NCBI RefSeq assembly: GCF_041956535.1
Contig: NW_027192197.1
Coordinates: forward strand, 1,157,673-1,221,672
Reading direction: 5' to 3'
From: Calcarisporiella thermophila CBS 279.70
Taxonomy: Eukaryota > Fungi > Calcarisporiellomycota
Length of the DNA: 64,000 nucleotides
Notes under the pieces: model-generated
Seen by the model: the letters and a program-made list of their open reading frames with translations, nothing else
Told to the model about the DNA's origin: nothing
The model's database searches: none
Shown here: positions 13,052 through 24,685 of the stretch, piece by piece
Layout of the letters: every line of letters begins with the position of its first letter
Numbering within the stretch: the stretch's first letter is position 1
Program-made: the position numbers and the translations under genes

Positions 13052-15175
13052 TTATTGAGGCTGATTTACTTTCTTTCCTAATTGCATCTTCAAAGCTTCG
13101 ACCATCAACTCTATTTTTTTGTATTGGCCCTGGATCGCCAGGGTTCTCCACCTGTCGGCAAACACCCTAACATGCTCCAGCTGACGACTTGTTTCCAAAT
13201 TTAGGAGAATTTCAGCCGCAAAGCAGCAGAGCCACCCAAGACGCATCAGGTAAGGGAGGTAGAAGGTTAACCGTTGAAGACGAAGGCGCTGTTGCGAGGA
13301 AAGTAGGCGCACGAGAAGACGTGAACGGAGGGTATCAAAGTCGCTAATTATCTGATATAAATATTATGCAAAATTAATAGCTAGTTTGTACGTCGAATTG
13401 GGATTATAAAAAACCTGCATGGATGCATCGAAAACAACGTCTGCGATTCCTTCAGAATATAAACAGCGTCTCTGTTCCTCCCTTGATAGCCAACATGGTA
13501 ATCCTGGGCCTAAAATTCCCTTGTGCGCCAGTGATCGAACCATATCTTCCCATTTGTGTAAAGTACCGGCTTGTTCCCACCCCTCCTCAGTAAAAGCCCA
13601 TTCCTTTGTCTGTCCCCCAAATTGCAGCAAGAGACTTTCTACTTCTTGTATTTCCTTCAATAGAGAACCATCTACACTACTTCCGAGCCGCATTATGCCT
13701 TCCCATACACTCACGCCTGCGCGTACGATTTTTCTCCAAGCCAAAATATTTGGGTGAAACCTTGGGATATATCCTTTCGCCCTTTCACATCTTGACCGGA
13801 GCCCATCAGTCAGGCAATCCTTGCTGGGAATATAATGATAAAAGAGAGATGCTAGCAATGCACAATAATGCTGGATAAGTGAATAATCTAGTTCGGAAGA
13901 AGGCGTAGATATGTCTTGAGAGTTTTCCGAAAGTATAGAGTTTACTTCTCCATGTGAGAGTCGGTTCCGGAGACGAGGCCCACCAGGTCGAATAAAGATA
14001 TCCAGGAGGAGATGCTTTGGTCATTTCAATATTGTTACTGTAAACTAGGAATGAACAAGATTATATTTACCATGATTCCAGAGCCAATTTCTTGAATCAA
14101 AAGATTCTGATTTCCATTGATTTTCTCAGATAATATATCATCAAGAACGAAAAAATAGCGGTCCTCTGCTGTCATCAGACGCTTTTCGTCCAGAGCATTC
14201 GCAATAATGCATATGCGACGCAGTGCATGTTCTAGAGGTGGAAGCGACACCATGGCATTAACAAGGTGTGCTGAGTTTGCGAAAAAATAAGCCCATAAAT
14301 GTGAGGTATTAGGAATAATGAAGTTCGATTCGCTGGAGAGGAGTGAGAGCTCGGCTATTGAAAAAGTAGATGGCGAAGAGAAGGCAATGGTTTCATAGAG
14401 TGCATCGAATTCACCCTCCGCTATGTGCAAGTGCAAACGAAGAGGTGCATGCCTTTGCAACCACATTTCATGGCCATCTATACTCTTATAAATCTGAGTC
14501 GCGATGGCCCACCACAATTCTCTAAGAAGCCGGCTATAACCTCTGACGAGATCACATTCATCAAGCTCTCGTGTAATAAAACCATGCCACATCAAGTTTC
14601 TGAGATTGATCGAAGTACTTGGATCACCAAATAACACTTCGAGTAAATATATAACATCAGTTCCCAGTAGGTTTACAAGGACAGGAGTGGAAATGAGATC
14701 GCGTAAAAGGTGCGGGATGGATGATTGGCGTGCAGCTAGAATATCCCTAAGGAGCCGTTCAAGAGCTGTTGTACCAAATAATATGCTGGCATGATATTCT
14801 TCTACGGCTTGAAGATGAGTCCATACCTTAAATGACTTTTTATCTTTGCGATTCAATTTATCTGCCAAAATTATAGATAACAGCTAGATATCTTACAATT
14901 TTGTGAGTTTCACCCATCCATTCCAAAATAGCACCATCCCATTCTATTTCGTTTCCTCCCGAAACCAGGTAAGGGTGCACCACTTCTTCGATGATTGATC
15001 TAGAGTAAACCAAAGCATCTCGAAGATTCTGCCACAATTCAGAGGATGATTTTCTTGCTGAATCAGGAACAAGGCGTCGATACACGATAGGAGTTAGCGA
15101 AGTGCGCCATCTAGTATTTTCAGAAAAGGATTTGAGGAGAGGGTGTGTATAATTAGTATTTTGCTCTAAATTCAT
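13052..15175 (-). CDS. ERMARD/C6orf70-like (DUF4209) protein with two HEPN-type motifs, multi-exon
   Basis: LERLLRDI...IPHLLRDL...INLRNLMWHGF, and in a downstream exon near 13950 GGPRLRNRLSHGEV; both resemble ERMARD motifs. Confidence 0.75.
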
Positions 15176-15585
15176 GAATAAATATAATAGCGAAGATATT
15201 AATATCCCATTTGGAGAAAATTTAATGAAATTGGAGTGCCCCGAGTATCCAATTGCATACCTTAAATGCTGTTAATACTTATACCCATCTTACAATAGAA
15301 TAGTCCAGGCTCCAATCATCTTTTACAAATTCTGATTTTATGCAAGAAAACCGATACAAATATATATTATTTATTTATCTATAAGTTTTGATGGTTCAAT
15401 GTTTCGCATTCGGTGTGGATCTTTAAATGCTCTGTCACGACAGACTTCAAGTCGGATACTAGATTTAGAGTAAAAATTCATTGGTAGGTTTGTAGATCGA
15501 TTGATATGACAACTCCATACGACAAGAAATGCTATTGTCTAGATTTATTATAGAGCTTTCCATTAATTAACACCAAGTTAAAATA

Positions 15586-16390
15586 TTAAGTTAATGGGCA
15601 CGGTAAATTTGGTGAGCTTGTCACCACTCCTGGCCTGAAACCCAACGCGGACAACACCCATATTTCAAAAATCACACGGAACCTTATGCTTAATCCCTGC
15701 CGTGGTTTGCTCAAGGGAGCGGGGCTGCACGCATTAATGAAATTTTGAATTGTCAGGTCGCCACTACTGCTCGCTCCGTAATTCACGCTTAATGGAAGGA
15801 TGAGAGCAGTCTGACCTCCTGTGGGCATCACATAATTATCTTTAGATCCTGCTCCAATTTTTTCGTTAGTTACTGCGTCATAGCCCTAGGTTATAATAAA
15901 TATATATTTGGTTCAAGCCATACGAGCATGAATTGGCTATCTTAATAGCTCTTACCTCTATTGTGACACTCTTGAATACAATCGGCACCCAATTATCGTA
16001 ATTATCGAGCTGTAAAAGTACATTCCAAGGCATTTTCACACTAGGTCCTGGATTCAAACGCAATAGTGTTTCTCCTTCTGCAAGCTCTATTCCTCGAATT
16101 TGGACCCCAGGCACTCTAGGCCAGCAAAAAAATGCGCCAATAACGAAGGCAACCATCAGCACAAATGTGACATATACACAGATACGATTGCGGCATAAAC
16201 TCGTACACCCCCGGCGCTTTCGAGCGGGCTGATATGGGCGGCGAGTGATGGGATGGGTAAGATGGGCGTGGGGCATCATATTATTGGAATATTCGGATTT
16301 AGCATCTTCCGCTTCGAAAACATATTTGTCTTCATTTTGCGTCTGTATAGTACGACGGCGAGTAGATTCGTTGTCGTTTATCTTTGACAT
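15586..16390 (-). CDS. Single-pass membrane protein, LEA_2/NDR1-HIN1-like, two exons
   Basis: Basic/Cys-rich stretch, one transmembrane segment ending FFCWPRVP, then a beta-rich ectodomain with N.N..PI.F pattern and a C-terminal Cys pair. Confidence 0.6.
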
Positions 16391-17029
16391 TGGAAGTGAA
16401 TTTTCTATAGAATTAGCGTAGATGTTAATGTTGAGAATTAATCCATCTTATTGTTAAATGAAAGAAAAGGATCTTTTTTAATCAAATAGTGACCTTAGAT
16501 TACCTGATGAATGATTATGATTGATGTTGTTGCTGGGTTCTTGCATGCGAATGTAAAGGTTACTACCTCTAGAGATTGAGGAGAGTGCTGAGAGGCCTTT
16601 GCTCGCACGCGACATAAAAGCCCAAAAAAAACCGGTTAGGTGAAGTTATGAAGCTGCGGTATGTCGATAGCAAGGAATAATATAAGAAATCAGCCAATTC
16701 AAAAGTATGAAAAATATAAATGTTGATGAGAGCGAGCGATCTATTATATTGATACACAGGAATTATTAAAGAATTGACTCCACTAAATTTTTCATTGATA
16801 TAAATAGTTTCAAAGACTATTGATACCCGATTTCCAAAGATTTCAGAAAACTTCAGGACACCAAATAAAATGTATTATAGGGCCTTAATGAAAAGTGGGA
16901 GAGAGTGCTATATACAATCATATTTAATAAAACCCAATACACAAAGTTATATGAAATACAAAACAACGGATACTTATATAAAAATATAGAGAAAGATGAA
17001 GAATACCGAGTTCAAGTGCTTTGTTCTCT

Positions 17030-17668
17030 CTATCGAAAAAACTTTATGTCACCTAGGCGACTCTGTCTGCGGATTGAAATATTTCGCGAAAGGCTCCCCT
17101 CCTCCTTTCGCACTAAACGCCTCGAAGCGGAACTGGCTCTTGAATTAAACGAAGACATTACATCAACTGACCCACCGGTTCTTTCGGTTTGATATGCTTC
17201 TGACACATCGGCCAAGGGGCGATACCAAGCTTTCACATTTTCATTATTCTTTAACTTGTCACTTAGTGCTCTAAATCTCGATTGATCCGATGCGGAAGTA
17301 GTATATTTTCCTTTAGACATATCCCAGTTTTCTTTTTCAGCATGGTGATGAACCCTTTGATGTTCTGGAGGAATCGGTAGGGTAACGCGAGTAGATTTCC
17401 TAGCACCCCTTGAGGAATGAAGAGCGTGTGGTTTCTTATTAGGTGATCTGTTGATTCTCCTGGTGTTTTCTACTGCTATCGATTTCTTGTCTCCGGAAAC
17501 TACCGAAATTGGCCGCTTCTTAGTTGAAGATGTAACATTCGCATTTACAGTGGAATATTTTCGTTTCGCTGGGGTTGATAATATATTTTTCTTACTTATT
17601 TTCAGATTAGAATCAGGAGAAGTAGGAGGAGAGGAGAGATGGGAAGTGACGCGTCGAGGGCGATCCAT
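17030..17668 (-). CDS. Hypothetical basic low-complexity protein (212 aa)
   Basis: Uninterrupted ATG-initiated 212-codon ORF in AT-rich DNA; S/K/R-rich; contains a KEN motif and SP/TP sites. Confidence 0.6.
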   Translation of the reverse strand: MDRPRRVTSHLSSPPTSPDSNLKISKKNILSTPAKRKYSTVNANVTSSTKKRPISVVSGDKKSIAVENTRRINRSPNKKPHALHSSRGARKSTRVTLPIPPEHQRVHHHAEKENWDMSKGKYTTSASDQSRFRALSDKLKNNENVKAWYRPLADVSEAYQTERTGGSVDVMSSFNSRASSASRRLVRKEEGSLSRNISIRRQSRLGDIKFFR

Positions 17669-18035
17669 TAATGCTGGTTGGAAATTATCGCAATAAAAAC
17701 AAAATTAAACAGGATTAGAATTTGAATATCCAACGGTAACGCATATAGAGAGCCCATTGAACAAAAGAAAATTTCATTTCTAGACAAGGACGAAAAAATT
17801 CTGACTTACTGTAAGAGCCTCTCTATAATTGAAAATTCAAGATCAGAAGCTAAATTTCAGCCCTATTTTCAGATTCAATCCGATTTTGGGGTTATATAAA
17901 ATATATGTCATTCTAACAGAGTCGCAGAGCTATCTTAACCTATTATTTTAAGGGAACGAGGGTACCAGTCTTTCATATTCATTTTACAACCAAAATCTAA
18001 ATTGTACGAGAGGATCATTCGAACTTCGGCCTGAG

Positions 18036-19226
18036 ATGACCTATAACCGTTCTTCTGAATTGGCAGAATGCCAGACTCAAGCTTGCGCAAGCATATCGAC
18101 TCGGAGCGATCGAGATAAACCTGCCCGAGTTGCATATCTAGGTCCACCAGGAACGAATACTCATCAGGTTGCTATGAAGCTAAATGGGGAGCACATTGCA
18201 GTGGAGAGTATTGAGGGTAAATAAATATTAAAATTCAACTAAAAGCAGAACTGAGAGTATACAACATGGCCATATATGTCCACTAGCTGTCTTTGACGCT
18301 GTTACAAATTCGCAGGCAGAATATGGGGTAGTTCCTGTAGAAAACTCGACATACGGCTCAGTTGTGCAAACACTTGACAAGTTTGTTGAATGTGAAAACG
18401 TTAAAGCCGTAGCAGAAGTGTGCATGAGGGTATAGTGTTGGATGAAAATTATGAAAAGCAATTGCTAATTTTCCCTCTTGTTAGATCCACCACTATCTTC
18501 TATCCAAACACTCATCGCTGCAGGACATTAGCAAAGTATATAGTCATCCACAGGTAAGATTTTGGAACTATGATATACTCATTCATATACATCATGGATG
18601 TCATGGTACTAGGCGCTAGGGCAATGCAAGGAATGGCTCAACACCCATCTTGAAAGGGCAGAACGTGCAAACACATTCTCCACAGCGGAGGCGGCTAAGC
18701 TAGCATCACTTGAAGAAGGCACAGCTGCTATTTGCAGTAAAGTATGCATGGAATTATATCCGTTAAACATTGTTGCTAGTAATATTGAAGACTCGAAAAG
18801 TAAGCTGGGACCTTGGCTTGGGCTCACTGTTGCTAAAAGCTTACATGACACATCACTAACCTTGGCTTTTTGCTGGTTCCAATAGATAATCAAACCCGCT
18901 TTTTGGTTATCCAGAGTTGTTCCACCTCAATCCCGTCTCCTCTTCCTCCTCCTGCTAGTTCGGCCGTTAAATATTTCATCCGATTCACTGTTCTCCATCG
19001 TCCTGGCACACTCTGTGATGCTCTTCAAATATTTAAACAGCACGATATTAACCTCACTCGAATTGACTCGCGTCCGTCACGGCTTAGACCATGGACCTAT
19101 GTTTTCTTTGTGGAATGCGACGGAGATCCCTCGAAAACAGAATTAGCCGTCCAGGACATGCTGAAGTATTGCACTGATGTACGAGTCGTTGGAACATATT
19201 ACGCATCTGACATTTATGACGAATAA
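18036..19226 (+). CDS. PHA2: Prephenate dehydratase, multi-exon
   Basis: VAYLGPPGTNTHQ, YGVVPVENSTYGSV, YSHPQALGQC, NQTRFLVI, and ACT domain HRPGTLCDAL...NLTRIDSRPS. Confidence 0.93.
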
Positions 19227-19327
19227 AACCTAACCTAATTAGCAAAGAATAAATCTTGAAATGCTAAAGATATTCGCAAATTATTTTCTTTTACGTTATT
19301 TCCTCATCGCAAAAGACATTAGTAGCC

Positions 19328-20428
19328 ATGGCGGCAAATGATGGTAGCGATCCGAGCATACTTTTTTCATTCTTATGTTCTCATCGAAATTTCTTCAATA
19401 GAAGCGAAATATTTACGAAAATACAAGGAGCTTAAAAAACGCGTACGGGAGATGGAGGAGGTAGGTCTTCATGTATAGTAGCCAATCGAAATCTGCCCAG
19501 ATTAATGTGATATACATATAGGACAACGAGAGATTAACCGTAAAATTAGCACGCGCAAAAAAACTTATTCAACGAATAAAGTTGGAGAGAAGGTAAATGG
19601 GTTTGATTGGAATTCCTGTTATTCAACATAGATTGCCTGAACTTACATCTGATCAATTTTTCGGTGCTTAATAGTTTTCTATTTGATCGATTAGAACAGG
19701 CAGCACCACCAGATCCTGATGCTGGTGCTGTATCAGATTCCTCGCTCTTTTCTTCTGATTCGGATCATGATATTTCATTTAATCAAGTTGGTTCATTATG
19801 CTTTTGGCATTGCATGCATTGCGGAGCTTACTTATTCAATCCTATTTAGGAACCAGGAATGACAACACCAACATCGGGTCGTGGTCGCTGGAAGCGCGAC
19901 CCTAAAGCGCCCAAACGTCCAGCCAATGCCTTTTTTATGTATTGCCAACTGCAGAGACAGCATTTGCGGGATCAGCATCAGGATATGCCGCTTAGTGACT
20001 TCACAAAGATGCTCGGACAGCAGTGGAAGGCATTACCGCCGGAAGAAAAAAACGTGAGCACTATAAACGGAGGGGGAGAAGAAATAATACCAATTCTTAC
20101 TTTATTGTGTATTGCCTAGAAATACTACGAAATGTATTCGAAGGATAAGGAACGCTATCAGAAGGAGATGTCGACTTATACAGAGAATAAGCACACTAGC
20201 GGGGGCACGGGCACAGCGGGGGGTGGTCGCCCGCGTGGACGGCCTTCCACTGGCGCTACCACTGATGATCAAAACCTGCGCAGTGATCCGATTTTGCCAG
20301 AGGAGGAGGAAGACTTGGAGGGTGTGATTGCTGAAATGGGCGGGCCTGAGGCGTTGGCTGGGATTGTAGGAGAGGAGGAAGACTGGGGCCCAGTGCCTGA
20401 AGACCTCGGGCTAGAGGAAGAGGAATAG
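19328..20428 (+). CDS. Nhp10/Nht1-like HMG-box INO80 subunit, multi-exon
   Basis: N-terminal coiled coil KYLRKYKELKKRVREMEEDNERL...IQRIKLERSFLFDRLE, HMG box DPKAPKRPANAFFMYCQ, GRPRGRP AT-hook-like motif, acidic tail. Confidence 0.75.
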
Positions 20429-21057
20429 TATACAACATCGATTAGCCCTTCGTAGAAATACAAAATAGGACGATAAACAAGCGAAACAATGGACTGGGAA
20501 AAGTCGTTTTTATTTTTTTATCTTATTGGATGTACAGTTTGCTTTCTCTATTCTTTGTAGAAGACTGATATGTGCTGCATGTGCTCTTTTTTTTTGTTGC
20601 CCGCTCTTTTCTGTTGAATCTATGAGATAATAATACTGCGCCCAAAATTGTATTGAAAGCTCATGCTGCAAGCGCATTGATGCCTTGGGTTTGAATTTTT
20701 TTACCACAAATAACTTCCAACTGAGGACGTTATTTACGGAGTCGGAATTTGCGAAGCTTTTTTTTATATCATTTTACACTGCTTCAACGCACCTATTCTC
20801 TCTCTCCTTTTTTATCAACCTACACATTCCGTCTTGATTCGTCGGCTGATGTGTGGGGGGATGAAAAACGAGACTCTACGGAGATTCGTTTTTGATTATT
20901 GATCGATCCTTATAGCAGACATCCCCCCCCTTCAAATTCATTCCATTTCTCGTCGTCTCCCATCATTCCTTCCATACTTACTCTTTCTCACTTCTCTCCT
21001 TTTGCCCTCCTTGCTCTTCCTGTCTAGCTTCGCATTTCTCTCTACATAAGAGAGAAG

Positions 21058-24000
21058 ATGAGCTCCGCTGCACTTACAAGTTACGATGCCCCTTCTCTTC
21101 TCTCTGGATCGGCACAAGCAGACAGCTTGATATATAAACTCAAGTTAGAACAGCATATAAATAATGAGCGTGCTGCACGTGATTTCATAGAACGGACGTT
21201 GCGATGCCAGTTATCATCGCAAAGTTTACAAACGATCCTGAAGGATGGATCTATTTTATGCAGGTTGGATCTGGTGATTTTGGGGGCATGGATTATCTGA
21301 GAATCCTGACTTGCTTCTCTGTAGGTTGGTTAATGAATTGAGCCCTGGGACATTGCCTGTGAGAACACCGAAGAAAATGGCCTGGGAACAGGTATCACGA
21401 ATTTATTTGTTCTGTTACATTGCAGTCGAGATTAATTCTGAATTTATTTTGCTAAACACTTTAGATGGAATCGATCAGCCTTTTCCTGGATGGGGCACGT
21501 AAACTTGGTCTCAAGAATTCAGAGCTCTTCCAGACTCCCGATTTGTTCGAAGGACGTGATATGGCTCAAGTGATTCTCACACTTTTGACGCTTGAACGTG
21601 TAGTCGCTTCCAGTAAACAAAAAACTTCCACGTCAAGAAGACCCAGAGCATACTCACAGTTACAAACGAAAAACGAGCAACGGAGGATTTTCCGAGAGAA
21701 CTTTCCGCTTCGAAGCAGAGTTGAAATAGGTCCACTGCAGCAACCTCCGCGGTTAAATAGTAGAGTGCATCGCCAACAAGTGTTGGAACCGTGTCAGAAA
21801 CCTCCATTGCTCCCCTCAATCCCATCCTCTAGCTCTGTTACATCAATTCCGAGTATGTGTAGACAAGCAACAGATATGCTACCAAAGAGAAAAGCCCTTG
21901 TGGAACGACGCTCCGGCTTTTGGAATCGGCCAGCCCTACATAATTCGCCCAGCTTCCTACAACATGACTCCCCACAATCTCCCCCTCGATCACCAACCTC
22001 CCTAACCTCGGTCGCTGAAAGCAAGAATCGTTCCCTTTCTCCCTCAATTCGTGAGGAAGTGGATAATGATGAAGAGCCTACTACCCCGAAGCATCAACGG
22101 TATAGGCGTCCTAGTGTCATACCGGCTCATTCGGCGCCGCCTATTCGCCATGGTCGGCGACCCTCTGAATTGGACAACCTCTCTCCTGTATCTCGGGGCA
22201 GTGTTGAGTCAATCCAATTCTCACCGACCAATTCTTCCACAAACACCTATAGATACCAGAGAGAAAAGCCTGAAAGAGTAAAAGGCAATACTCTGGTTCT
22301 GCTATCCGACGATAAACTAGTTGCTCAGTATCAGCTAGGAAACTGTGTAGGAAAGGGTCAATTCGGAGCTGTTTATCGTGCTTTGAATATGGGGACAGGA
22401 CAGATGGTCGCGGTCAAACGGATCAAACTTGAGGAGGACCAGAAAGATAGGGTGGACTCTTTAATGAAGGAAGTCGAGCTTCTGAAAACGTTGTCGCACC
22501 CTAGCGTGGTTAAATATGAGGGCTTCATCAAAACCGAAGGTCACCTAAACATTATTCTAGAGTTCGTAGAGAGCGGGTCCCTCCTAGATGTTCTCAAGTC
22601 TTTTGGAACCTTTCCTGAAAAACTCGCTGCCTCTTACACCGCAAAAATCCTCGATGGACTCATCTATCTACACGATCGGCAGGTGGTACACTGTGACCTG
22701 AAAGCGGCCAACCTTCTCACTACCAAAAACGGGAATGTCAAGCTGACAGATTTTGGGGTGTCCTTGAATCTGAAACTTCGGCCTGCGGATAGCGATGTAG
22801 TAGTAGGAACTCCCTACTGGATTGCTCCCGAAGTGATACAGCTGATGGGGGCAAGCACTAAATCAGATGTTTGGAGTCTCGGCTGCACGGTGGTAGAGCT
22901 CATCACTGGGCAACCACCATATGCTGACATGATACCCCTAACGGCTCTGTTCCATATCGTAGAAGATGCGCATCCTCCAATGCCAGACGGCATTTCCAAG
23001 GAGCTGGAGGGGTTTTTGCTCCTCTGTTTCCGGAAAGATCCGGAACAACGCGCCACGGCCCGTGAACTGCTTGAACATCCATGGATACGAATGCACTGTG
23101 GGTCATTTGAAAAAGCACTAAGGCGACAAGAGAGTTTTCCGCATTTCCGAAGAAGCGCTCCTGTTTATCCACCCCATGGGCTGATCTCTCCCACCTTGCA
23201 TGCCACTGTATCAGACAAGGGTCTGCAAGGAGACGCTCCAACCCTCAACCTAGACGACCCGTGTCCTTCGACCCCTGAGCCACCTTGTACCATCGATCAG
23301 ATTATGCTTCCTCCCTCTTCACCTCCTTCCATAAAGATGCGTCGCCATCTATCGGAGACCTCAAAGCTGGCACATGAATTTGTGAAGAGCTCTTTTGGCA
23401 AGGCAGTAGTGTGCAAAGTGTGTAATGAAGCGCTGAAACGAGGCGCAGTTTTTTGTCAGGCCTGCGGCCTTTACTGTCATGAAAGATGTCGATTCGAGCT
23501 TGGACGAGAGGACTGTACACCCAACCTTGAATTAAGCTTTTCGAACACACCAATCAAGCGGAGGCCCCCCCCAATCCAGACTAGCGGCTTTTTCACCCCT
23601 ATCAAAGCGCTTTGTTCCCCAGTGCGCTCTCCTACCTCACGAAAGGATGTCTCCGTAAAACCCAGTGATCCTACTAGTAAGCGCACACGAAAACTGTCAG
23701 AGGTATTCTCCTTCCATTCCCGCAACACGTCCAACGCCAGTATCACTACCAATTCCAGCACTTATACGACAGATGGCAGCACTAAGAGCTCTCAGCACAA
23801 CCGCTCTAGGCGTCGAGACCATTCTCAATCTATGCCCACTTCTCCTTCCGGGATCTTCTGGAGTCCGTTCTCTAGCGGCGGCATTGATATTGGAATTGGT
23901 GCCACCGGAAAAAAGGAGGTGAAGGAGAAAGGCCGTTTCCGTGCCAACTCCATGAGCCGAGAAGAGCTGGGTTCAGAGAGGAGCGGAGATCGGAGTCCTT

Positions 24001-24107
24001 CCTCTTCCGTGAGCGATGCGAGCACCATCACCATCCGTGACGAGATTCGGTCCAAATCCAAGTATAGGGGCCGCAGCCTACCAGGCGGTGATTGTGTATT
24101 CCAATGA
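21058..24107 (+). CDS. Cdc15/Cdc7(SepH)-like STE kinase with N-terminal calponin-homology and C-terminal C1 domain
   Basis: CH: LKDGSILCRLVN...LFQTPDLFEGRD. Kinase: YQLGNCVGKGQFGAVY, HCDLKAAN, DFG, GTPYWIAPE. C1: HEF...CKVC...CQAC...HERC...C. Confidence 0.88.
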
Positions 24108-24685
24108 GTTTATCCCCTTCCCCCTTCTATTTCCACATCGCTACTCGAAATTATGATATTCCCCCTTTTTATTCCCTAAATTTATCTTGGCTGTTCTTTA
24201 TCCATGTTGATTGTTAAGATAATCACTTTATTTTATACCCCCTCCCCCTCCTCCTTTTATTCAAGAGGCAATCTAGTATTATCTAGTGTTTTACTTTATG
24301 GATAGGACTTTTATTAAGACTCCCCTATATTATTCTTTCACTTTTCTTTCCTTTACTATATCTATTTCCTTCTACTCTCTCGTGCACTTCTTTTTTTTTT
24401 ATCACGCCACCTCCCATTTCCTCTATTATAACCATTCGTTTTTTATTTTATTAAAAGTTTTATCTTTACTGCTATCTGCTTTTTTTTTTAAAAATAAGAT
24501 GGATCAACATACGCAAGAGTAACGTGGATGGCATAGATAGGAGTAATAATAGTAGTAGCAAAGGGGAAGGGGAGGGAAGTCTAGATGGAGCTTTTAAAAG
24601 GGGAGAAAAATACATTAAAAAGAAAGAGAATATTGGAAGACCTACGAATGTACAATAAGCAATAAGTTTTTTGGTTTAAATTAAA

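Noticed and set aside
19328-20428. HMG-box gene as a zygomycete sexP/sexM mating-type locus
   Set aside because: The HMGB-type box and INO80-subunit-like coiled coil indicate Nhp10, and the flanking genes are not the triose-phosphate transporter or RNA helicase typical of that locus.
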